Shown one piece after another: positions 13,701 through 21,951 of a stretch of 26,048 bases of DNA. The first letter of the stretch is position 1, and the number at the start of each line of letters is the position of its first letter. A model generated the notes under the pieces. The model saw only the letters and a list, made by a program, of their open reading frames with translations. It was not told where the DNA came from and did not search any database. This DNA is from Candidatus Uhrbacteria bacterium RIFOXYB12_FULL_58_10. GTDB taxonomy: Bacteria > Patescibacteriota > Patescibacteriia > 2-12-FULL-57-11. A program made the translations under genes and the position numbers. The stretch is taken from contig CALRHY010000001.1 of assembly GCA_943359495.1 (NCBI GenBank), positions 1-26,048 on the forward strand, read 5' to 3'.

Positions 13701-14819
13701 ATGGGAACAACGGACACAATCAAGGTCACTCTGTTCGTGGACGGACAGAAGCGGCGCACAGGACTCATCGCTCGGCACAACCTCGACGCGGTGGTGCTGG
13801 TCCTCGAGACCGCGCATGAGTACCGCGACGATGACATCACTCCTCCGACGGTTCGGATCATGATCCAGACCGAAAAGGTGGTGGTCATCGACGCACACGT
13901 CAACGGCGACGTCGCGGGGACGATGCGCCTCCTCCTGCCCGAGTGGCTCGTCACCGTCGAGGACAAGCCTACCGCGCCGCGCCCGGATCCTGAGGTCGTC
14001 AGGCAGGAGCGGGAGCAGCAGCTCTGGAGGTTAGCGACGGAGATGTACAGGAACGGCTTCGGACAGAAGCCGAACGTGCACATCTGCAGCGTCGAGCGCT
14101 GCCCGGAGCACACGGTGCCAGCAGACCAGCAAATGGGACCCAGAGCACTGCAGCCGGCGATCGCCGTCGACAAGAGCGGGAAAGTCTGGAACATCTGCCA
14201 AGAACACTTCCAGGCTGGACGCCACATCGCCGCGCAGTGGTCGACCTGGGAACAGGCCGCCGAGCAGGCGCGAAGGACAAACGACGTAGGTGCACTTGGG
14301 CGTGCCAACGAAGTTCTGACCGCCATCGACAGGCTCGGCGTGCAGATCGACGTCTTCGCGAGCAAGAAGGCTCAAGAGGCGGCGAAGCCGAAGGGGGCCA
14401 TCGCAGCAGCGCTGACGAAACGCGCCGCGAGCAAACCGTCTGGTAGCGGACCTGCACAGCAGGCCGCCAAACCGGATCCGGATCCCGAGCTCACCACGGA
14501 GAAAGCCGTAGAGCACTTGGCGGAGCAGCTGCGTCGGACGCGGCACGGCGACCTCCTCATGGGTAACCCCCTGGAGATGGACGCGACCGCGTGGAAGAAG
14601 CTCTCCGATCACATGGCGGCGCAACCGTCGGCTGCCGTGGGCAAGCAAGGGCAGCCGCAACGGCGAGCGGAGCGGGCCGTCGCTTTCCTGACCGCAGTGC
14701 GCGGTGAGAAGAGCACGGCGGACGAGGAGGTCCAGTCGGTGCGCTTCGGAGACGAGGCCAAACCGACAAGCGACGACGAGACGGTGAGCGGCGCACCGCA
14801 AGGCGCCACCATCAACTGA
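13701..14819 (+). CDS. Hypothetical 372-aa protein with a putative Cys/His Zn-binding module and an Ala/Lys/Pro-rich linker
   Basis: Long ORF with GAGG 5 nt before the ATG and strongly G/C-ending codons. Motifs CSVERCPEH and ICQEH. A strong hairpin (14893-14942) follows. No family recognised. Confidence 0.8.
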   Translation: MGTTDTIKVTLFVDGQKRRTGLIARHNLDAVVLVLETAHEYRDDDITPPTVRIMIQTEKVVVIDAHVNGDVAGTMRLLLPEWLVTVEDKPTAPRPDPEVVRQEREQQLWRLATEMYRNGFGQKPNVHICSVERCPEHTVPADQQMGPRALQPAIAVDKSGKVWNICQEHFQAGRHIAAQWSTWEQAAEQARRTNDVGALGRANEVLTAIDRLGVQIDVFASKKAQEAAKPKGAIAAALTKRAASKPSGSGPAQQAAKPDPDPELTTEKAVEHLAEQLRRTRHGDLLMGNPLEMDATAWKKLSDHMAAQPSAAVGKQGQPQRRAERAVAFLTAVRGEKSTADEEVQSVRFGDEAKPTSDDETVSGAPQGATIN

Positions 14820-14892
14820 CCTCCGAAAACGGGTTCCCGTGTGGCCCGGCGAGACGACAGTCGCGAGACTGACGACTCCAAACCACCGGAAT

Positions 14893-14950
14893 TGGTCGGA
14901 TTCGAAGCGCGTGCATCACGCAGCGCCAACCGAATCCGACCAGTCTTTTC
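14893..14950 (+). terminator. Hairpin/terminator downstream of the 372-aa ORF
   Basis: Perfect 12-bp stem TGGTCGGATTCG/CGAATCCGACCA followed by GTCTTTT. Confidence 0.55.
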
Positions 14951-15047
14951 CACATCAGGAAGCGTTTCGTGGTGTGAAAAGGAAAATCTTTATTTCTGTC
15001 GATCTTAGCAAAAGAACTATGGGCAACGGCCTCAAAATGCCAAACCT

Positions 15048-15076
15048 TTGACAAGCCTTGAACGGCGCAGTACTTT
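15048..15076 (+). promoter_or_regulatory. sigma70-type promoter P2
   Basis: TTGACA-N17-TACTTT. Confidence 0.6.
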
Positions 15077-15186
15077 AGTGTCCGTTCTGACAAACGAACT
15101 GCTCTCTTTTTTACTTCATGACCTTGGTCGTGGTGTAGGGAAGACGAGCAGTGTGTTTTTTGAACATAACCGAGACGGAGGATCGA

Positions 15187-15408
15187 ATGGCGATTTTCAG
15201 GATGGAACGGCGTGGTACTCGATGTGGACGGAAAGAGCGCCCACCTCTGACGATGGAGCAACGTACGGAACGCGAGTTCCAGCACTGGTGCAACATCCTC
15301 GACACCATCAAGACCGGCGGCCAAGAACGCGGCAATGGAAGGCCGCGTTTGCGATCGAGCCACCGCAGGGTCACCGACTTCAACAGCAACGCACGTACCG
15401 CCGCCTGA
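15187..15408 (+). CDS. Small Arg-rich hypothetical protein (73 aa)
   Basis: GGAGG 5 nt before ATG 15187, downstream of P2; MAIFRMERRGTRCGRKERPPLTMEQRTEREFQHWCNILDTIKTGG... No family recognised. Confidence 0.45.
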   Translation: MAIFRMERRGTRCGRKERPPLTMEQRTEREFQHWCNILDTIKTGGQERGNGRPRLRSSHRRVTDFNSNARTAA

Positions 15409-15547
15409 CCACTCCACACCTTCACGCGCCCGGGAGAGCCGCGTGAAAAAAATCAAACCGTCTGCGCAGATCGTGCGCGACGGCTAGCTCTCCTCGTTTT
15501 TTGGACACAGAAATGTTCTGTTTCTAAAAAACGATTCGATGACTATC

Positions 15548-15575
15548 TTGACAAATAGAAAAAAGTTGGTATTAT
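15548..15575 (+). promoter_or_regulatory. sigma70-type promoter P3
   Basis: TTGACA-N16-TATTAT with an extended -10 TG. Confidence 0.72.
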
Positions 15576-15580
15576 AAAAG

Positions 15581-15738
15581 GACTCGCGAGAGAACTCTGC
15601 GAAGCAGTGTACGCATTCTGCCGCATCGGAAAGTGGAAGCACTCTCTCTCCTCGCGCCGTGTAGCAATACGTGGCGTCGCTTCCCCCTTTCGGTTCGAAG
15701 AAACGCGCGTGACGCCGCTTTGCAGATTTCTCCCGCGA
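15581..15738 (+). ncRNA. Small rod-shaped RNA, 6S (SsrS)-like candidate
   Basis: Has its own promoter and terminator and no credible ORF. 22-bp closing stem 15584-15605/15717-15738 (two mismatches, one G-U), irregular central region, inner stem 15629-40/15679-91, apical 9-bp stem with a GCAA tetraloop. Confidence 0.65.
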
Positions 15739-15741
15739 ATA

Positions 15742-15776
15742 AAAACTCCCCTCCGATACACTCGGAGGGGAGTTTT
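15742..15776. terminator. Bidirectional intrinsic terminator between the small RNA and recA
   Basis: Perfect 15-bp inverted repeat AAAACTCCCCTCCGA-tacac-TCGGAGGGGAGTTTT. Confidence 0.88.
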
Positions 15777-15835
15777 GTATTTGCGACCAACGTCGCACGT
15801 ACTCCCTTATGCCATACCTATCTACTCACCCCTCA

Positions 15836-16912
15836 CTACGTCTCAAACTCTTCCGGTGGTGGTTCATCCATGTCGATCGGCGGAACGACATTGTCCGGAT
15901 TATCTCTAAAGGCAACGGCAGCAAATGTTGCCGTACGGATTTCGGCAAGTAATTCTGGGTGTTCTTTGAGGTAGGTCTTCGATGCTTCGCGCCCGACCCC
16001 CAATTTGATCTCGCCAAAACTGTAGGTGTTTCCATTCTTCTTCACCGTTCCTTCAAGGACGCCGGTGTCGAGCATGTCGCCCGGAATGGAAATCCCTTCG
16101 TTGTACATGATGTCGAATTCGGTGGCCCGGAATGGCGGCGCAACTTTATTTTTTACTACCTTTGCTTTCACGCGATTGCCGATAATTTTATCGCCCAACT
16201 TAATCTGCGCAGCACGGCGGACTTCGATGCGCAGCGAGCTGTAAAACTTGAGCGCGGTTCCACCGGTGGTCGTTTCTGGATTGCCGAAAACGATCCCGAT
16301 CTTCATACGTGTCTGGTTGATGAAGATAACGGTCGTCTTTGATTTCGAGACGATGGCCGTGAGCTTACGCAGTGCCTGACTCATGAGACGCGCATGCAAC
16401 CCCATGTGCTGATCGCCCATCTCGCCTTCAATTTCTGCCCGAGGAGTAAGGGCAGCAACAGAGTCGATGACAATCAAGTCAACCGCGTTTGAACGGACCA
16501 GCGTTTCAACAATGTCCAGTGCCTGCTCGCCCGTATCTGGTTGCGAGATCAACAATTCATCAACTTTCACGCCGATCTTTTTTGCGTAATCTGGATCTAA
16601 AGCGTGTTCTGCGTCAACAAACGCAGCAATGCCGTGCATCTTTTGAATTTCGGCAACCACATGCTGGGCGAGTGTGGTCTTTCCTGAAGATTCTGGGCCG
16701 AAAATTTCGATGATGCGTCCACGCGGCACACCACCGACGCCGAGCGCGATGTCGAGCGAAAGACAACCAGTCGGAATAGATTCGACTTGCATCTTCCCTG
16801 CCTCGCCGAGGCGCATGATCGAGCCGTCGCCAAATTTTTCGCGGATCTGGTTAATCGCTTCGTTCACGGCATTGTTCTTCGCTCCTTGTTCGTCGTCTTT
16901 CTTTTTTGCCAT
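15836..16912 (-). CDS. recA: Recombinase RecA
   Basis: Start moved to ATG 16912 (MAKKKDDE...; 358 aa). GPESSGKTT Walker [30 protein letters not shown] and KNKVAPPF. Confidence 0.98.
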   Translation of the reverse strand: MAKKKDDEQGAKNNAVNEAINQIREKFGDGSIMRLGEAGKMQVESIPTGCLSLDIALGVGGVPRGRIIEIFGPESSGKTTLAQHVVAEIQKMHGIAAFVDAEHALDPDYAKKIGVKVDELLISQPDTGEQALDIVETLVRSNAVDLIVIDSVAALTPRAEIEGEMGDQHMGLHARLMSQALRKLTAIVSKSKTTVIFINQTRMKIGIVFGNPETTTGGTALKFYSSLRIEVRRAAQIKLGDKIIGNRVKAKVVKNKVAPPFRATEFDIMYNEGISIPGDMLDTGVLEGTVKKNGNTYSFGEIKLGVGREASKTYLKEHPELLAEIRTATFAAVAFRDNPDNVVPPIDMDEPPPEEFET

Positions 16913-17069
16913 ACAAAAAACACACACGTGATTGATCGCGCACGCTCCCTGTAGAGCAAGTCCTCCCGCTTCCCGACACGGCGCACGTGCTCGTACACAG
17001 TTCGTCTTCCAAAAAGGAATGAGGAACTGTATCGAGCGCGAACGTCGTATGCTATTGCGTCTGTTGCTC

Positions 17070-17783
17070 CTAGCGAACTGCGGCAACCGCAGCCGCTCCA
17101 CCGTCACCGAGAGCGGCCGAGCCATTCCACAGCACGCGGCGATAGAATACCTGCTCGTCGCTATGTACTTTCTTCGCAGCTATCTTAATGATATTCAGAC
17201 CGCGGTGCAAATTGACCGCTTCGGAAAATTTTCCATCCGCGTTCAAATAGACCAATTCGCCATTAATACGCAATTCTGTGCCGCGTTCGGTCAGCCCCGC
17301 TACAGAGACCGTTGGTATGGCACTCAAGGAACCATCTGCCGGCGTCGAAAGCGCGAGTGACGGTAGCGCGGTCATACCGTGGATCTCCCAACCAAGCACT
17401 CCGAGCGCAAGAATGGCCGATCCTGCCACCAAGACAGCAGAGACAACACGCGGCGCAACCATGAACGAACGACGCAAGGCGCGCGCTTGTGGCAGCGTGT
17501 TTGTTCGGAGACCAATCACTTGCTCCTGCGCCGAGGCATGGAGCGCCAAAAGTTCTTCTGGGTGTACATGAAGCACACGAGCGATCGAGCGCAGAAAAAA
17601 CTGCTGGTACAAAAAGTCCGGTAACTGTGCAGGCATGTCTTCCTCAAATGCACGAAGGTGCTTTTCTTGCACATGCGCCTCGCCTGCAAGCACAGCAATA
17701 CTTTTTCCTGCAGCTTCCCGTTGTTGCCGCAAAAAATTCCCCAATGTCGTCTCAAGAATCGGTTGTTCCACCCAATCACTCAT
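17070..17783 (-). CDS. RodZ-like protein: N-terminal HTH, one TM helix, C-terminal Ig-like beta domain
   Basis: [20 protein letters not shown]...FLRSIARVL resembles the RodZ HTH. Hydrophobic segment [20 protein letters not shown]; C-terminal V.G.TE.GTEL.ING..V....DG.FS..V.L..G.N.I pattern. The ftsK-rodZ-recA neighbourhood fits. Confidence 0.75.
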   Translation of the reverse strand: MSDWVEQPILETTLGNFLRQQREAAGKSIAVLAGEAHVQEKHLRAFEEDMPAQLPDFLYQQFFLRSIARVLHVHPEELLALHASAQEQVIGLRTNTLPQARALRRSFMVAPRVVSAVLVAGSAILALGVLGWEIHGMTALPSLALSTPADGSLSAIPTVSVAGLTERGTELRINGELVYLNADGKFSEAVNLHRGLNIIKIAAKKVHSDEQVFYRRVLWNGSAALGDGGAAAVAAVR

Positions 17784-17794
17784 ACGAAGAGCTA

Positions 17795-20035
17795 TTACAT
17801 CTGCGGTTCGTCAGAACCATCATACACGTCCTCGCCCTCTGCCTCCGCATCAGGCAACATGTCAAGTCCCTCACGAGAAATCAAGAGTTCGCGCGGTTTT
17901 GCACCATCACCCGGACCAATAATCCCCTTTTCTTCGAGCAAGTCCAGAAGCCGTGCGGCCCGCGCATACCCCACCTTCAAACGCCGCTGCAACAAACTGG
18001 CCGATGCTTTGCCGGCACGAAGAATAGTATCTTGGGCTTCAATCAATAGAGGATCGGAATCGCCATCATCACGAAACGCGCTGGCAGAACCAGGAGCATT
18101 CTTGCCGCGCTCGGTGACTTCGCTTAAATAATTCGGCGGACCACTGGTGTCTTTCACATGGTCCACCACTTTGCGGATTTCCTCGTCGGTGACGAGACAA
18201 CCTTGAATACGCTTTGGCTTGGACAACTCCGCGTTCACAAACAACATGTCGCCGCGGCCAAGCAATTTTTCTGCGCCCAACGAATCAAGAATAGTCCGCG
18301 AATCCGTCCCCGAGGCAACCGAGAAAGCGATACGCGAGGTAATGTTTGCCTTGATCAATCCAGTAATGACATCAACGGACGGACGCTGTGTTGCTAAAAT
18401 AAGATGGATTCCGACCGCGCGGGCCATCTGTGCCAGGCGGATGATCGAACTTTCCACTTCGGATGCCGCTGCAACCATCAAATCTGCCAACTCATCGATG
18501 ACAAGCAAGAGATACGGCAGTTTTTCTGGGCTCGCGTTGTTGTAACTCGCAATGTCACGGAAGCCAGCCTTCGAAAGTAAATCGAATCGCCGTTCCATTT
18601 CGCCAATCGACCACTTCAACGCATTCACCGTCTTTGGAACGTCGGTAATCACCGGGGTGATCAAATGCGGGATGCCATTGTAAACCTGAAGTTCCACACG
18701 CTTTGGATCGACCATGATAAACCGCAAATCATCCGGACCGTTTTGGTACAAGAGCGACAAAATGATGGTGTTCAAACAGACTGATTTGCCCGAACCAGTT
18801 GCACCAGCCACAAGCAAGTGCGGCATTTTTGCCACGTTCACTGTCCAAGATTTACCAGAAACATCTTTGCCCAGCGCGACCTCAAGACCATTTTTGCGTC
18901 CCCGGAATTCTGGTGATTCCAACACCTCACGAAGACCGACGATTGAGACGGTTGTATTTGGCACTTCGATTCCTACCAATGACTTTCCTGGGATTGGTGC
19001 TTCGATACGAATCGGATGCGCAGCGAGCGACAAGGCGAGATCATTTGAAAGACCAGTGATACGCGAAAGTTTAATCCCTTCGGCTGGGCGCAGGCTGTAT
19101 TGGGTCACGGTCGGCCCGACAGAAATATCACCCATTTCCACCGGAATACCGAACTGTTCAAAAGTGCGGCGAATGCGCTCCATGTTTGCTTGAATATCGC
19201 CTGCCGCCGGCTTCCCTGTACGAACGGAAAGCAATTCGAGTGGTACTTCAATGTGCTGGCGCGGATGTTTAACCAAGGTTTCCGGTTCCGCAGGTTCGAC
19301 GGGTCCTGTTGGCATAGACTGCTGTTCACCAAAAATCTGCGGCTGTTTTGGAATGGCATTTTCCATTGGCCGTGCGGCGAAGCGAGCTTTTTCAACAAAG
19401 GCGTCTTCGTTGTCGCCATCGTCTTTGCCAGAGAGCCCATGAATAACCGGAGCATTAGCTGCTGCCGGACCACCCGAAAGCCGGAACAGCCAGCGTAATG
19501 GTGCGCCGAAGAATGATGTCGTCTCAGCCATGCGATGCAAAGACGTATTGAAAGTCAGCAAGCAAGAAACAACTGCAAGTGCGAGTAACACCACAAGCCC
19601 CGCCCAAAAACCCATCACCGAAAGTAGTGGCGCAGCGAAAAACATCCCGAGGTAGCCACCACCTTGGTTCCAAGGAGCCATCATCGGAACGAATTGTTGG
19701 GTGCACAATTCAATCGTTCCGTTGATAACAAGGGCGAGAAGGACAAGCCCGAGCGAACCAGCAGTTCGCAAAGCGAATCGTTCGGGAAGCAATGTCTTCG
19801 TGGCAAAGAAAGCTAAAAGAATTGGCAAGATGATACGGTCCCAACCGAGTAGCCCAGCAAGACCGCGGTCCAGGAGCACACCAAACGCACCCGCAAGACC
19901 AAAGACCGACAGCGCGCTGATCGCCGCCATGGCATACAGAAAAACAACCAAAATCCCACGCTGCGTCTCCGGGGAAATGGAGAAGTCTGGCAAACGCGGT
20001 TCGGCAGCGGCATTTCCTCGTCGTTTTTTAGACAT
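17795..20035 (-). CDS. ftsK: DNA translocase FtsK/SpoIIIE
   Basis: N-terminal TM helices, PHLLVAGATGSGKSV Walker A, VIDELADLM, ATQRPSVDVITG and the gamma domain SASLLQRRLKVGYARAARL. Confidence 0.97.
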   Translation of the reverse strand: MSKKRRGNAAAEPRLPDFSISPETQRGILVVFLYAMAAISALSVFGLAGAFGVLLDRGLAGLLGWDRIILPILLAFFATKTLLPERFALRTAGSLGLVLLALVINGTIELCTQQFVPMMAPWNQGGGYLGMFFAAPLLSVMGFWAGLVVLLALAVVSCLLTFNTSLHRMAETTSFFGAPLRWLFRLSGGPAAANAPVIHGLSGKDDGDNEDAFVEKARFAARPMENAIPKQPQIFGEQQSMPTGPVEPAEPETLVKHPRQHIEVPLELLSVRTGKPAAGDIQANMERIRRTFEQFGIPVEMGDISVGPTVTQYSLRPAEGIKLSRITGLSNDLALSLAAHPIRIEAPIPGKSLVGIEVPNTTVSIVGLREVLESPEFRGRKNGLEVALGKDVSGKSWTVNVAKMPHLLVAGATGSGKSVCLNTIILSLLYQNGPDDLRFIMVDPKRVELQVYNGIPHLITPVITDVPKTVNALKWSIGEMERRFDLLSKAGFRDIASYNNASPEKLPYLLLVIDELADLMVAAASEVESSIIRLAQMARAVGIHLILATQRPSVDVITGLIKANITSRIAFSVASGTDSRTILDSLGAEKLLGRGDMLFVNAELSKPKRIQGCLVTDEEIRKVVDHVKDTSGPPNYLSEVTERGKNAPGSASAFRDDGDSDPLLIEAQDTILRAGKASASLLQRRLKVGYARAARLLDLLEEKGIIGPGDGAKPRELLISREGLDMLPDAEAEGEDVYDGSDEPQM

Positions 20036-20148
20036 GCGCCAAGCGATAAAATCGTGCGCAGTATATCAAAGAATCGTAAGCACATCCAATCGATCAAAAC
20101 GTCGTCTACTTGACATTTCTTCCTTTTTCCTATGGGATACAGGCGGCA

Positions 20149-20970
20149 ATGGATTCCTCCGAAGAGGACTTGCTAGAAAGGAGGAAACACGTGGCTCAAA
20201 CAACGGCAAATGGTGTGGTCATGCGTCCATCATTTGCGTTTGTACTAATGGTAGAAATGCTCCGACGAAAAGCGCAGCTGCCGGGGCTAGATGCGGTCGC
20301 GTTCCGAGACTGGTTATACGGACCGTCTTGGGACAACCTTTTTCGCTTTCTCGCTCCAGTCGAAGCAGCCATAGTCAAACGCGCTCTAAAGATCACAGAG
20401 CCACAACAAACCTCGCAGTACCTACGCCCGCCTCACTACAGAACGCCGATCGATGCCAAACGATTCGAAGAGGTGATTACAGCACCACTGATTGGGCGAT
20501 ACATGCCAAAGACGTTATGGTGGCACTTCATCACTGGTGGGACTATGCGCCGTCAGTTCTTTGGAGAAATCCTGCGGATAGCTCACAACCTGAGTATTAT
20601 CGACACCGCGTGGATCCTTCGCGAACTTGGAGATGGCGACGAAGAGACAGGTATACAATTCCTGCTCACGCGTTTTACCCCCGCAGAGCGACACCTCCTG
20701 TTGCAGGAACTACATACGGATGACGGCTCCTTTCAAGGCATCGTCGTGCGCCACTGGCGATTGCTGCTCACGAAGATGAGCGAAGAGGACGTTCGTACGC
20801 TGATGAGAGTGCTCGGCACACACGTCGGTTTCTGCTGTGTAAACGCTGAACTCGAGGAAGAGCTTCGTGCAGCCGAGTACGACGGCGCCATGACCATCAG
20901 AGCACCACAACTCCCACGAATCACTGCGCCGATCGACACATGCATCCGTCAATCAGACGACGAACCGTAA
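20149..20970 (+). CDS. Hypothetical protein (~273 aa, probably mostly helical)
   Basis: Single long ORF filling the gap between ftsK and efp and followed by a terminator. ATG 20149 was preferred to the TTG at 20110. No family recognised. Confidence 0.7.
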   Translation: MDSSEEDLLERRKHVAQTTANGVVMRPSFAFVLMVEMLRRKAQLPGLDAVAFRDWLYGPSWDNLFRFLAPVEAAIVKRALKITEPQQTSQYLRPPHYRTPIDAKRFEEVITAPLIGRYMPKTLWWHFITGGTMRRQFFGEILRIAHNLSIIDTAWILRELGDGDEETGIQFLLTRFTPAERHLLLQELHTDDGSFQGIVVRHWRLLLTKMSEEDVRTLMRVLGTHVGFCCVNAELEEELRAAEYDGAMTIRAPQLPRITAPIDTCIRQSDDEP

Positions 20971-20982
20971 AAACGCCGCCCT

Positions 20983-21025
20983 CCGTCTCGGCTCAATGGA
21001 CCCGCCATTCCGAGACGGTTTTTTT
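20983..21025 (+). terminator. Intrinsic terminator of the hypothetical gene
   Basis: CCGTCTCGG...CCGAGACGG 9-bp stem followed by T7. Confidence 0.7.
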
Positions 21026-21031
21026 ATACAC

Positions 21032-21052
21032 AAAAAGCCGCTCGAAAGCGGC
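21032..21052 (-). terminator. Intrinsic terminator of efp
   Basis: Minus strand GCCGCT-TTCG-AGCGGC-TTTTT. Confidence 0.7.
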
Positions 21053-21071
21053 CATTGTTCTTCGAACTTTT

Positions 21072-21638
21072 TTATTCACTCGTCCGCTCTACATACTCCC
21101 CTGTATCCGTATTGATGACGATCAAATCTCCTTCTTTGATAAACATTGGCACGGCTACGCGCATACCTGTTTCTACGGTCACATCCTTGGTCACATTCCC
21201 GCCTGCAGTATCTCCTTTGACCGCAGGATCTGCCTGGACCACTTTCAAGGTGATCTTACGTGGCAACGAAACAGTGACTGGCGCTTCTTCAAAAACCAAC
21301 ACTTGGACCTCCTGACCTTCTTTCAAATAGCCAGCGCGGTCCTCAAGCATACCTTTCGGGATCATGACCTGCTCGTAGTCCGACGTGTCCATGAAGGTGT
21401 ATCCAGTCTGATCAGCAAACAAGTACTGCATGCGCCGACGTTCGACGTCGACGATGTCGACTGGATCGGAATCTTTGTAGGTATTTTCCACACTGCGCCC
21501 AGAACGAATGTTCTTCATTCGCGCCCGTGTAAATGCCGAACCCTTGCCCGGGCTCACGTGCTGAAACTCGGTGACGAGATACAACTCGCCACCGTCACGA
21601 ATAACTACGTCTTTGCAAATGTCTGTTGATTTTGCCAT
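21072..21638 (-). CDS. efp: Translation elongation factor P
   Basis: HVSPGKGSAF loop with the modifiable Lys, QYLFAD, PAVKGDTA and VPMFIKEGDLIVINTDTGEYVER; 188 aa. Confidence 0.97.
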   Translation of the reverse strand: MAKSTDICKDVVIRDGGELYLVTEFQHVSPGKGSAFTRARMKNIRSGRSVENTYKDSDPVDIVDVERRRMQYLFADQTGYTFMDTSDYEQVMIPKGMLEDRAGYLKEGQEVQVLVFEEAPVTVSLPRKITLKVVQADPAVKGDTAGGNVTKDVTVETGMRVAVPMFIKEGDLIVINTDTGEYVERTSE

Positions 21639-21689
21639 AAAGGAAAATGTTCGTGCCTAAGGCAGCACGGCGTCTCAGTAACGTGCGCC

Positions 21690-21717
21690 AGTATAGCCGA
21701 CTGGAGGATAAAGGCAA
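21690..21717 (-). promoter_or_regulatory. Putative efp promoter
   Basis: TTGCCT-N16-TATACT on the minus strand. Confidence 0.55.
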
Positions 21718-21743
21718 CCCCCACCAATCGATGCCGTTAGGGG

Positions 21744-21936
21744 GTTTGGGGGACGGCGACTGTTTGAGCTCCTTGGTTCTGCCCGGAGCCATTTGCTCAA
21801 TCAGCCTTGTGACAAAGTGAAGGACTGATGTTCTTTATAGGACTCCCACAGAAAGACATCGCGGAGGGCGCATTTATAGTACGAGTTTCGCCATCCCCCA
21901 AAATCTTTTTGGTTCTTTTGGGATTCGCCAAAAGAA
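21744..21936. other. Structured intergenic element between epmA and efp
   Basis: TTTGGGGGACGGCGA pairs with TCGCCATCCCCCAAA (~21888-21902) and encloses three hairpins. A separate hairpin TTCTTTTGG/CCAAAAGAA lies at 21913-21936. Confidence 0.5.
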
Positions 21937-21951
21937 TGTCGGACGATCTCG

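Noticed and set aside
13620-14953. Minus-strand ORFs overlapping the 372-aa ORF
   Set aside because: Antisense shadow frames caused by high GC at third codon positions; no SD or promoter support.
16913-17125. 71-aa N-terminal extension of RecA in the ORF track
   Set aside because: Overlaps the upstream gene and leader; RecA homology begins at ATG 16912.
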